Origin: Dhillonvirus LM40P1
Strand: one strand, 5' to 3'
Sequence record: OZ035746.1
Length of the DNA: 45,119 nucleotides
The notes beneath the pieces are model-generated. The model was not told where the DNA came from. It made no database searches and saw nothing but the letters and a program-made list of their open reading frames with translations. Shown here in pieces: positions 26,597-34,669 of this stretch (position 1 is its first letter; every line of letters begins with the position of its first letter). The position numbers and the translations under genes were made by a program.

Positions 26597-27062
26597 GTAG
26601 TTCTCCTTCGCTCATTATCTTGATTTGTGCGCTGCCGTTTGGTGGCGCTTCTTCAAAGATTATCAATTGCTGACACTTGTTGTTGCTCGGTCCAACCTTA
26701 CCGGTGACGGCATGGATAAACCTGATTCGCCAGTCCAGCAATATAATCAGGTTGGCGGTTTTCCGCGCCAGTTTGGCCCACTTCGTGGTCGTGTCCTGGT
26801 TAAGCAGCATTACCGTTTTGCGACCCTGCGATGCGCAAGTCACCCACGGCAGCGGATCCGAATACGGCGGATTGCACCATTTCCACCCGTTTAGCTCTGA
26901 CCAGTCCGCATCAAGCGCGCTGTGCTCTTTCGTGAAGTAGCGCGGTAGCAGATGGTTGTGGTCACTAGCCGCCATGTCATAGCGGAATTTAAACGCCTTG
27001 CGCAGTGGCTTAAATAAAGCTGGCGGCGTGCGCCAGCTATCCTTTTGCTCATTCTCCGTCAT
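26553..27062 (-). CDS. DNA N6-adenine methyltransferase (phage Dam-like)
   Basis: ORF 26553..27284; start placed at ATG 27062 (MTENEQKDSWRTPP...); catalytic NPPY motif in WKWCNPPYSD. Confidence 0.7.
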   Translation of the reverse strand: MTENEQKDSWRTPPALFKPLRKAFKFRYDMAASDHNHLLPRYFTKEHSALDADWSELNGWKWCNPPYSDPLPWVTCASQGRKTVMLLNQDTTTKWAKLARKTANLIILLDWRIRFIHAVTGKVGPSNNKCQQLIIFEEAPPNGSAQIKIMSEGELHEYLSRRSQSARRG

Positions 27063-27513
27063 GCTGCGGGTCCAGTGCGTAGAGTGGGATTTGTTTAGCG
27101 CTTTCCCACAGGCGTTTAATCCGCTCCTGTTCGCCGCTACCCATAGGGCGAATATCGTTGCTGTAGTTGCCGTTGGTTGTGTCGCGCCACGCAATAAGAA
27201 CCAGGTCTTTACGGTCAATCTTCGTTGTGCGGCCTTTCGGGCGGACGTACTCTTCTGCGCGTTTGCATTGCTCGCGCAGGGCATCGGCGGTTATCCTGGT
27301 GAGCGATACGGATGTTGTGTACCCGGTGCGCTGCATAATGGTGGTTAGCTCGCCCAGCAGTTCGAAGCGTTCTTCTAACTCCAGCAATTGCTTGTTGGTG
27401 TCCTGGAATTTTTTATACATATCATCGGCGTGGCTACGTGCTTCTTCCGCTTTCTCGCGCGCCTCAATACACTGTGCTGCCCAATACGCTTTTTCTTCTT
27501 GTAAAATTTTCAT
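27049..27513 (-). CDS. hypothetical protein (coiled-coil N-terminus)
   Basis: 154-aa ORF; GGAGA RBS; TAATG overlap with the upstream gene. Confidence 0.45.
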   Translation of the reverse strand: MKILQEEKAYWAAQCIEAREKAEEARSHADDMYKKFQDTNKQLLELEERFELLGELTTIMQRTGYTTSVSLTRITADALREQCKRAEEYVRPKGRTTKIDRKDLVLIAWRDTTNGNYSNDIRPMGSGEQERIKRLWESAKQIPLYALDPQHDGE

Positions 27514-27755
27514 TAGTTAATCTCCGTCATGCGAATTTCTTTGCGCGGTATAAATTTGCCGTTCATTTCAACCCAGCAAGTGCCATAGCGCCACTGGGTG
27601 TTACGGCCTGTTTGTTCGGGGTAGACGGCCTGGCATTCATATTTATTGGCCTGGTAGATCCACACCGTCGGCAGCAGGAAACAAAAGAATAAGAACAACG
27701 CCATCCATACCCAAAAACGTAAGTCACCGTCGTAATCAAAAAAGAATCGTTTCAT
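27513..27755 (-). CDS. small membrane protein (80 aa)
   Basis: GAGGA RBS; hydrophobic helix FWVWMALFLFFCFLLPTVWIY. Confidence 0.45.
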   Translation of the reverse strand: MKRFFFDYDGDLRFWVWMALFLFFCFLLPTVWIYQANKYECQAVYPEQTGRNTQWRYGTCWVEMNGKFIPRKEIRMTEIN

Positions 27756-27772
27756 CGTTAAATCCTCATATT

Positions 27773-27803
27773 AAAAAAAAAGGGCGTTCCCTTCGGAACA
27801 CCC
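27773..27803 (-). terminator. intrinsic terminator (minus strand) between promoter and gene
   Basis: Minus-strand RNA GGGUGUUCC-GAAG-GGAACGCCC (9-bp stem including a G-U pair) followed by nine U (plus-strand A-run 27773-27781). Confidence 0.65.
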
Positions 27804-27805
27804 TC

Positions 27806-27834
27806 AATATAATGCAACCAATCTCGCAATGCAA
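27806..27834 (-). promoter_or_regulatory. sigma70-like promoter TTGCAT-N17-TATATT (recurring family)
   Basis: Minus-strand reading: TTGCAT (27834..27829), spacer containing ATTGGTTGCA, TATATT (27811..27806); predicted start falls inside the 5' arm of the terminator stem. Confidence 0.5.
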
Positions 27835-27839
27835 CCAAT

Positions 27840-28163
27840 TTATTCGAAGAAATTTGGGTCGCTCATCACATCCACAAGATAAAGGTTGTTAAGGCGGTTG
27901 CCGTAATGGCCTGGCGTGCGCTGACGGCACACAACAGCGTAACCAGGGGGGATGGTATTTCCGGTCGCCAGAATCCACGCCACGCGCGCGCCGTTTAGTG
28001 ATTTACCGTTGTATTCTATGCGGGTGCCGCCATCTGCAGTGTTAAGGCTGCCAATCTTCTGACCGGTAGAATTGAGACGGATAACACCAGTCTGGCTATC
28101 GTAATTAAACAGTTGTTTGGTCAGTGCTACCGAAAAATCAATTGGATCAAAGATAGTGTTCAT
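27840..28163 (-). CDS. HNH endonuclease-like protein (HNH_3/NUMOD4-like, catalytic His apparently absent)
   Basis: GAGGAAA RBS; segment ARVAWILATGNTIPPGYAVVCRQ...GNRLNNLYLV follows the HNH_3 pattern but the usual His-containing core is not evident. Confidence 0.4.
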   Translation of the reverse strand: MNTIFDPIDFSVALTKQLFNYDSQTGVIRLNSTGQKIGSLNTADGGTRIEYNGKSLNGARVAWILATGNTIPPGYAVVCRQRTPGHYGNRLNNLYLVDVMSDPNFFE

Positions 28164-28876
28164 TTTAAATTTTCCTCATTGACTGCAATTGCGAAGCCGC
28201 GCGGTGTGAGCGACCTGATTAATTTAGTGCGGGCGGACTTACCACCGAGCAGACTATACTGTTTGGAGTAACCTTTTTCAACAAATACCGGCTTCTTCTC
28301 CGGCATCCTGAAGCCGTTCCCAGTCCATAAGCAAGTCAGCTTCGGGTATGAGTCACGCGCGTTGATGTATTCCGGGAACAGCGGGTGCACATCGTCTTCC
28401 GGCAGATAGCCGCCATACTCCCACGGGCCGAACGAGTGGTCCGGCTTGCGCCACTGGGTGGATAGCACACTGCGCGGATTCTCTATCATGTATGGCACTT
28501 CGAAGAAGTCACCGAGAAAGGCCGCAATCTTCGCCGTGCGCACGGCCTTAAGCTGGAAAGCCGGGTCTTTAGCGCGTTTGCGCGGGAAAGCTGGCGCGCC
28601 GCTAACTGCCAGGTCGGTGCACGGCGGAAAGGCGTAAATAATATCAGGCGTGCCAAACTCACCCGCCATAGCGCGGTCTACGAAGTCCAGATCGATAAAC
28701 ACGTTCTTATAACGAATGCCGCGCCCGTAAAGCCGGTAGTGATTGTAGGAGCCGTGGTCTGCCCCGTCGAAGTTAAAACAGGTGCACTTATGCCCCATCT
28801 CGGCAGCACGCTCGATCATAAGGCCGCTGCCGTCGAATAATGACCAGATGTTTAGTATCCTAACTCGCTTATTCAC
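28160..28876 (-). CDS. DNA cytosine-5 methyltransferase-like protein (short, 238 aa)
   Basis: GTG start overlapping the helicase stop; motif I SLFDGSG, motif IV IYAFPPCTDLAVSG (PC catalytic Cys), motif VI ENPRSV; too short to carry a typical target-recognition domain. Confidence 0.6.
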   Translation of the reverse strand: MNKRVRILNIWSLFDGSGLMIERAAEMGHKCTCFNFDGADHGSYNHYRLYGRGIRYKNVFIDLDFVDRAMAGEFGTPDIIYAFPPCTDLAVSGAPAFPRKRAKDPAFQLKAVRTAKIAAFLGDFFEVPYMIENPRSVLSTQWRKPDHSFGPWEYGGYLPEDDVHPLFPEYINARDSYPKLTCLWTGNGFRMPEKKPVFVEKGYSKQYSLLGGKSARTKLIRSLTPRGFAIAVNEENLK

Positions 28877-30333
28877 TTACGACCTCGCTTCTTCTCTTTC
28901 ATATATTCCATCAGTTCATCCTGGATGTCGCGCTTACCATCACGGCGGCTTGCCACTAACTCGTCGAGCGTGCCGCGGGCCTGGATAATGTAGACGAATA
29001 CCGGGCGCGGGTGTCCGGCCTGCATCTGGCGCACCGGTCCGATACGTTCGACGATCTGCGCGAAGTGCTCAAAGTTCCACGTATCCGAGAAGATAGCGAG
29101 GTGGTGTCCGCCGTCCTGTAAGTTAAGACCGTGGCCTGCCGATGCCGGGTGTGCAAACATGATCGGAATCTCGCCCCGGTTCCACGCTTCCATATCCTTA
29201 ACGCCTTGCTTGCCCTTTCCCATTGCGACACCCTGCGGGAATTTCTTCTTAAGGCGGGCTAGGTCGTGCTTGTACTGGTAGGCCACAAGCAGCGGTGCGC
29301 CGTTAAGTTCTTCTACGATACTTTCCAGGGCGTCAAGTTTGGCGTCGTGGATTTTCTCCCACTCGTCGGTCCGCTCGCCGTCGTCGTCAACCTTATACAC
29401 AGCGCCAGATGCAAGCTGGAGGCATTTAATCGTCTTAGCGGCAGCGTTGGCGGCCTCCACTGTTCCGCTTTCCAGTTCGGCAAATAGCTCGCTCTCGAAC
29501 TGGTCGTAAATCTTGCGGGCTTTCTTCGGCAGGTCAACCAGCACCGGCGTGTAAATCGGCTTGTCACACCCGAAGTATTCAGCCGCGTCAACCGTTAGCG
29601 AAATATCAGCCAGCTTTGCGTGAATCTCTTTTTCGGAGTTTTTCAGCGGGGAGTGCTGCATAGTGAAGCTGCCAGGCGCAACCGGCTTACTTATGAACCA
29701 GCGGTCGGTGAATGCTTTATAGCTACTGCCGAGGCGTTCGCCACCGTCAACAAACCAGTTCTGCCCCCACACATCCTTAAGCCCGTTGGGTGCTGGCGTA
29801 CCGGTCAGGTTAATCCAGCGCTTGACGTGCTTATGTGCGATCGCCGCCAGTGCGCGAGCACGTTTACTGCCCTGCTTACTGCGGTAGCCTTTCAGCTTAG
29901 TGGACTCATCGGCAACAACGACCGTAAAAGGCCACTCCTCGCCGCAATAGTTCACAAGCCACTCAACCACATCATAGTTGATGCACACGACGTTCGCGCC
30001 GCTCTCAAGCGCTGTAATGCGGTCCTTCTCCGGTCCGGTGCCGTCTACTACCTGAAGCGATGAGAATCCCCATTTATCTTGTTCCGGGGGCCACGTACCG
30101 GACGCAACGCGCAACGGGGCCAGCACCAGCACGCGGTCTTCTCCGTGGTTCAGGATGCCGGTCTGGAACATCTTGTTCAGCGCCCACATGGTAGCGCCAG
30201 TCTTTCCCGATCCCATCGTCGCCCAGATATTACAGCGGGCGTGTTTAATGATGAAAGACGTGATTAACTTTTGGTACTCGCGCCTGCGAAAACGTGCCAT
30301 CTTGTTACGCCTTTTTCCAGACTTCTGTTTCAT
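28873..30333 (-). CDS. SNF2/DEAD-like superfamily 2 helicase
   Basis: ORF 28873..30381; ATG 30333 with GAGGAAT RBS (ATG 30300 also possible); Walker A-like ATMGSGKTG; DExx-type VVADESTKLK. Confidence 0.7.
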   Translation of the reverse strand: MKQKSGKRRNKMARFRRREYQKLITSFIIKHARCNIWATMGSGKTGATMWALNKMFQTGILNHGEDRVLVLAPLRVASGTWPPEQDKWGFSSLQVVDGTGPEKDRITALESGANVVCINYDVVEWLVNYCGEEWPFTVVVADESTKLKGYRSKQGSKRARALAAIAHKHVKRWINLTGTPAPNGLKDVWGQNWFVDGGERLGSSYKAFTDRWFISKPVAPGSFTMQHSPLKNSEKEIHAKLADISLTVDAAEYFGCDKPIYTPVLVDLPKKARKIYDQFESELFAELESGTVEAANAAAKTIKCLQLASGAVYKVDDDGERTDEWEKIHDAKLDALESIVEELNGAPLLVAYQYKHDLARLKKKFPQGVAMGKGKQGVKDMEAWNRGEIPIMFAHPASAGHGLNLQDGGHHLAIFSDTWNFEHFAQIVERIGPVRQMQAGHPRPVFVYIIQARGTLDELVASRRDGKRDIQDELMEYMKEKKRGRK

Positions 30334-30526
30334 GGTGCCAATTCCTCGTCGTAGCGGTCCAGTTAAATTCGTGCCCCACATGCACGCCGGTCGCCCGGAA
30401 GCCTTTAAACTTCTGCCAGCACACAGTTAACGGCAGCGGCTCGCGCATTGCGGCGATATACCATACGCGATCGCCGGGTTTGCAGTCGCCAAGTGTGGTA
30501 AGGCGGTAATGTTCTTTCATCGTCAT
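30305..30526 (-). CDS. hypothetical protein (73 aa)
   Basis: ATG 30526 immediately after a terminator T-run; overlaps the helicase start region; weak RBS. Confidence 0.35.
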   Translation of the reverse strand: MTMKEHYRLTTLGDCKPGDRVWYIAAMREPLPLTVCWQKFKGFRATGVHVGHEFNWTATTRNWHHETEVWKKA

Positions 30527-30532
30527 GTCTCC

Positions 30533-30555
30533 AAAAAAGGCGGGACTAGCCCGCC
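30533..30555 (-). terminator. intrinsic terminator (minus strand), probable attenuator within the operon
   Basis: GGCGGGCTAGTCCCGCC hairpin followed by TTTTTT on the minus strand. Confidence 0.6.
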
Positions 30556-30562
30556 ATGTTGA

Positions 30563-30736
30563 TTATTCGCGTTCTTCACGATAGCGGCGCTGCCGTTCTC
30601 GTTCGGCCTTGTTCCGGCACGATTTACACTGCGCACGATACCCGTCGGGGCTACGTGCTGTTTTGCCAGTGTACTTATGAAATTGCGATAGCGGTTTAAC
30701 ACAGCCGCATTGGCTGCAACGTTTTTCTTCAATCAT
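30563..30736 (-). CDS. zinc-ribbon protein (57 aa)
   Basis: ORF 30563..30766 (GTG); ATG 30736 with GAGG RBS; CSQCGC...CKSC four-Cys motif and a basic tail. Confidence 0.45.
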   Translation of the reverse strand: MIEEKRCSQCGCVKPLSQFHKYTGKTARSPDGYRAQCKSCRNKAERERQRRYREERE

Positions 30737-30766
30737 CTTAAATGCCTCGTTAGTCCTAACCTGCAC

Positions 30767-30795
30767 ACTATAACTTTATGCGACCAATTCCGCAA
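30767..30795 (-). promoter_or_regulatory. weak promoter variant TTGCGG-N17-TATAGT with GGTTGC half-sites
   Basis: Minus-strand reading: ATTGGTTGCGGAATTGGTCGCATAAAGTTATAGT; overlaps the 3' end of the VRR-NUC gene. Confidence 0.3.
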
Positions 30796-31054
30796 CCAAT
30801 AAATCAGCGTCGTGAATGTTGTCGATTACGCGAACGTCGGCCCCGCGCTTCGCCATGCGCTCATGTTCACGTACCTGGTGCGGCTTCGGCTTACCACCGG
30901 GGCGCTTCACTTCAACGAATACGACTCTGCCGTTGATGATGATAATCAGGTCGGGAGCGCCGGTACGCCCTTCCCATGCCATTTTACGGCAGAATCCACC
31001 TGCCTCTTTTACCTCTTTCATCAGGTGACTTTGCACCTTGCCTTCAGGAGTCAT
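30776..31054 (-). CDS. VRR-NUC domain nuclease
   Basis: 92-aa ORF; PD-(D/E)xK core APDLIIIINGRVVFVEVKRPGGK; TAATG overlap with the polymerase gene. Confidence 0.65.
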   Translation of the reverse strand: MTPEGKVQSHLMKEVKEAGGFCRKMAWEGRTGAPDLIIIINGRVVFVEVKRPGGKPKPHQVREHERMAKRGADVRVIDNIHDADLLVAELVA

Positions 31055-33342
31055 TATTTTCTATACCTGTACATGATGTCGCCTTCAGCGGCGAGCGGGA
31101 AGCCCTTAGCCCACACCGGCAGATCGCACATTAACCGGCATAACTCTTCGGTCGTGTAATCGTCCGTGTCCGGCACTTCGGTGATTAATTCATCGTGCAC
31201 CGACAGGACGATTTCGTATCCCGCCGCTTCGACGCCAGGCATTGCCCATGCGAGAATATCGCGGCACAGCGCCTGTACAATGTTCTCTGTCAGTTTGCCG
31301 CCGTAGGTGTACTGGAAGCCCCACTGGCGCGTCGTCTGATTCTCGCCCTGATATTTAATGCGGGTGCTGGTTTTCTTCTTGCCGGTGTCTTCGTCAACTT
31401 CAGTAGTTACTGACAGCGCAATGCCAGGATAGCTCATGATACGACCCGACGGCAACTCGACTTTCAGCCACCAGCCGGGCGCGTCTGGGTCGTCCCGCTC
31501 ATCGTCAAACGTCGGGTCGTGCTTAGCCTTCGTGCGCATGATTTTAAGCGCCTGTTTGCCGTCTGGACGCACGTTAGCACCGGCCCAGTATGATTTGCCC
31601 GGATTGCGGATTGCGCACAGCACAGCGTCTTCCAGTTCGGCCCAGAATCTAACCGTTTCCGGGTGGGACTCACGCCACATACGCTTGATCGCATCGCAGG
31701 TAAGCCACACGTTCTTCGGCAGGATGTAAGTCGGTCGCTCGTCTTTCTTGCCAGGCTTCGGCGGACGCTTCGCTTCATTAATCCTCGCGTACTCGTACCC
31801 GCGTTTCGCTGCGGCCCATATGTGATCCGGGAACGTGCCTTTCATCACGTCTGCCATCGCATACAGGTCAAGACCCAGGTTTTTGGCAAACTGCAAGAAC
31901 GCCGCAACGCCACCACCATAGCCGAGGCCCAATTCACAGGCCTTACCGATCTGGCGGAGGTCTTTGCGGTTGGCCTTGATATAATCCGGGTCGAGGCCGA
32001 ACATCTTACCGGCAGTTTCGCAATAAATATCGCGTCCCGCCTTAAAGACCATCAACGCAGTTTTCTCGCCCGCAATCCAGGCAAGGCCGCGTCCTTCCAC
32101 GTTGGAGTAGTCCGCTACAACAAACTTCTTACCCTTAGCCGGGATAATGCAGCCGCGTACGGTCGATGCTGTCAGCTTAGATATGTCGTACGCCCAGTGT
32201 GCGGTCCCGCGTAATAGGGAATTGATGCCGTTGGTTAGCATGTGCGACCGGACCCAAAACGACACGTCGCTTTCACCATCACGGCGCTTGATCTTGCCTT
32301 CGTGGTCGTCGCTGTACTCGCCACGCGCCAGGTTTTGAGGCTGAAAACTTTTACCGGCCCAGCGCAATGTTCGTTTAGCACCACCATACTGAAGACAACC
32401 ACGGCGGCGACCGTCAGACGACAGACCGTTAACGAGCGGATTGTATTTGGTCGACGCCGTTGATGACGCACCGAGGCGCATTTCAATCAGAACTTTGCCC
32501 TCGTCCGGGAAGTCCGGGTCTTCCAGCAAATCATTCAGTGTGGATTTCTGCGCGTTATGGATAGTGAAAGCTGGCGCAATATCTCGTAACAACGGCAGGA
32601 AATCATTTCCGGTCAGCTTACCGCCAAACTTCTCCATCGCTTCTTCTTTCAGTTCTTCCTTGTGCGCTTCAACGGCCTTGATGGCGGCGTAGGCCAGTTC
32701 GGTGTCCACGTTGAAGCCGCGGTCATTGATCAACTGGTCAATTGCCAGTATCTGGTCTTCCTTCGGAGTATTACCCCAATCCGGGATACGCCAGTACACT
32801 TCACGCATCGCGATAATATCGAAGCGTGCATACTTGAGGAATTTGGCCCACTCTTCCGGGTGAGTCTCGCGAGTGTAGCGACGGACTTTGTAAGTCTTCG
32901 GCGTTGGCTTACAGAATCGCTTAATCAGCGCCTTGCCCGCTTTATCTTTCGCATGTTCAGCGTCAACGCCCAATACCTGGCATTGCATGTCAAGGCTGCC
33001 GGGGAGGGCGTGGCGGAAGGCCATAATCATGGTGTCTTCGATCTGGCAAACCGGCAGGTCAATACCCCACTTCTCACGGATAGCCAGGCGGTCAAACAGG
33101 AGGCCGTTAGCCATTACGATTTTTGCTTTCTTGCGGACTACCGCACGCAATGCCTTACGCAGTTCACTCGGCATCTTCGGCGATTCAGTAGCGTCCCACG
33201 TCTGAACACGGCCTTCATCAATGGCGTAGGTGCAGATCATGATTTCCGTGGTTGGGTGTTCTGCATACGCGTATGCGCCGACCTTCTTCAGATCAACGCC
33301 GCTAAACGTTTCGGTATCGAGGAATAGTCGTTCTAAGTTCAT
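31054..33342 (-). CDS. DNA polymerase, family A, with 3'-5' exonuclease domain
   Basis: 762-aa ORF; exonuclease-type N-terminus LFLDTETFSG; Pol A motifs GLGYGGGVAAF and LSVHDELITEV. Confidence 0.8.
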   Translation of the reverse strand: MNLERLFLDTETFSGVDLKKVGAYAYAEHPTTEIMICTYAIDEGRVQTWDATESPKMPSELRKALRAVVRKKAKIVMANGLLFDRLAIREKWGIDLPVCQIEDTMIMAFRHALPGSLDMQCQVLGVDAEHAKDKAGKALIKRFCKPTPKTYKVRRYTRETHPEEWAKFLKYARFDIIAMREVYWRIPDWGNTPKEDQILAIDQLINDRGFNVDTELAYAAIKAVEAHKEELKEEAMEKFGGKLTGNDFLPLLRDIAPAFTIHNAQKSTLNDLLEDPDFPDEGKVLIEMRLGASSTASTKYNPLVNGLSSDGRRRGCLQYGGAKRTLRWAGKSFQPQNLARGEYSDDHEGKIKRRDGESDVSFWVRSHMLTNGINSLLRGTAHWAYDISKLTASTVRGCIIPAKGKKFVVADYSNVEGRGLAWIAGEKTALMVFKAGRDIYCETAGKMFGLDPDYIKANRKDLRQIGKACELGLGYGGGVAAFLQFAKNLGLDLYAMADVMKGTFPDHIWAAAKRGYEYARINEAKRPPKPGKKDERPTYILPKNVWLTCDAIKRMWRESHPETVRFWAELEDAVLCAIRNPGKSYWAGANVRPDGKQALKIMRTKAKHDPTFDDERDDPDAPGWWLKVELPSGRIMSYPGIALSVTTEVDEDTGKKKTSTRIKYQGENQTTRQWGFQYTYGGKLTENIVQALCRDILAWAMPGVEAAGYEIVLSVHDELITEVPDTDDYTTEELCRLMCDLPVWAKGFPLAAEGDIMYRYRK

Positions 33343-33509
33343 TGTTTCACCCTTACCACGGCCTCGGCGTCCCCTTTCAGAGAGTAGATGCCGTCGGTTA
33401 TTGTGATTATGTCGTCGTTCTGTTTCACTTCAGCAACCGTGAAGTATTCGCCCAGGAATTTGGACCACACGCGCATTCCCGGTTTCACATCTTTAGCTTT
33501 AATTCTCAT
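33339..33509 (-). CDS. small hypothetical protein (56 aa)
   Basis: ATG 33509 with AGGA RBS; ATGA overlap with the polymerase start; not in the ORF track (under 60 aa). Confidence 0.35.
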   Translation of the reverse strand: MRIKAKDVKPGMRVWSKFLGEYFTVAEVKQNDDIITITDGIYSLKGDAEAVVRVKQ

Positions 33510-33523
33510 TACATTGTCCTATG

Positions 33524-33545
33524 AAAAAGCCCGCATAAAGCGGGC
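33524..33545 (-). terminator. intrinsic terminator (minus strand) after the SSB gene
   Basis: GCCCGC-UUUAU-GCGGGC hairpin followed by TTTTT on the minus strand. Confidence 0.6.
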
Positions 33546-33565
33546 TTGAGTAGTGGGCTTTGCCC

Positions 33566-34339
33566 TTAGCGGCGTCGACGTTTACGTGGTGCTTCGTCTT
33601 CGTCATCGTCGTCATCTTCATCGCGTGACTTGCGACGTTTACGCGGCTTATCGTCTTCATCGTCGTCATCTTCATCACGGCGGCGCTTAGACTTGCGCGG
33701 TTTTTCATCTTCATCATCGTCGTCACGACGTTTTGACTTTTTGGATTTACGCGGTGCTTCGTCTTCGTCATCATCCAGGTCGTCGTCAGAGCAATATGCA
33801 CCGCCGCCGCCACCGAAGGAATCCCCATCATCACGGAAGCGCATACCCAGCAGACCACAGCCTAAGCCTTTGCCGTTGGTATTGTTCCAGGCCCAAATAT
33901 CTAAGGAAACGTTGCAATAGCAACCGGAATAGATTTCCTTCCCTTCGATTTCGTCGCCGTCGATGGTCAGACCCTGCTCCGTCTGCTTCTCGCCTTCGGA
34001 AGTCTGGATGATCGGCTGTTTGAATGATTTAGCGTTGATATACAGCTTACCTTCAAACTCTTCCGTTACTTCTTCACGCTCATCACCATCTCGAACGGCA
34101 CATTCTTTCGAATCCTGCGCGTAGTGGCGGTCCATCCACTTATCGGCGTTCTTCTCAGACTTCAGTTTTTCGGTGAGCACTGCGCGTGCCGCCGCTTCCA
34201 CTTTGTCCACCTGCGGATCTTCTTTATCAAGAATAATCACCGCACGATATGCCGGTTTTTGTCCATCCTGTTTAGGGGTATCACGCTCCCAAATTTTCAG
34301 GAAGCATACACGTACATTTTTCAGGTTGACTTTAGCCAT
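33566..34339 (-). CDS. single-stranded DNA-binding protein (DUF2815/gp2.5-like) with repetitive acidic-basic C-terminal tail
   Basis: ORF 33566..34432; ATG 34339 (MAKVNLKNVRV) with GAGGAA RBS; C-terminus of tandem DDDDEDE-APRK-type units. Confidence 0.5.
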   Translation of the reverse strand: MAKVNLKNVRVCFLKIWERDTPKQDGQKPAYRAVIILDKEDPQVDKVEAAARAVLTEKLKSEKNADKWMDRHYAQDSKECAVRDGDEREEVTEEFEGKLYINAKSFKQPIIQTSEGEKQTEQGLTIDGDEIEGKEIYSGCYCNVSLDIWAWNNTNGKGLGCGLLGMRFRDDGDSFGGGGGAYCSDDDLDDDEDEAPRKSKKSKRRDDDDEDEKPRKSKRRRDEDDDDEDDKPRKRRKSRDEDDDDDEDEAPRKRRRR

Positions 34340-34435
34340 TTTCCAATTCCTCATTTCACATGTATCGGGGTTATTATAAGCCACCCCGTCCGGCTTGGTT
34401 GCTAATGTACTTGGTTGCGTTTCCGCGGTCAAGTG

Positions 34436-34669
34436 TTATTTATCAAAAAGTTTTAAAATCAGGTCGAGATATTTGTGCAGCCACACCAGTGGAGGGCGGT
34501 GCACGTTGTTTTCCATCCAGTTCAAACAGGCCTCGTTATAGCCGTCGTCCCATAAGCGGGATGGGTGGCGAATCATCCAGGCCAGCGCCAGCAGACCGCC
34601 GCAGGTATGTACTACGAATCCCAGCGCCGCAAGCGGCAGCACCATAATCATTGCCAGAATCTTATTCAT
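34436..34669 (-). CDS. small membrane protein (77 aa)
   Basis: ORF 34436..34795; ATG 34669 with GAGGA RBS; hydrophobic N-terminus ILAMIMVLPLAALGFVV. Confidence 0.4.
   Translation of the reverse strand: MNKILAMIMVLPLAALGFVVHTCGGLLALAWMIRHPSRLWDDGYNEACLNWMENNVHRPPLVWLHKYLDLILKLFDK

Noticed and set aside
34354-34432. Longer N-terminus for the SSB ORF (33566..34432)
   Set aside because: The upstream in-frame Met codons lack an RBS. ATG 34339 (MAKVNLK) has a GAGGAA RBS and gives a typical SSB N-terminus.
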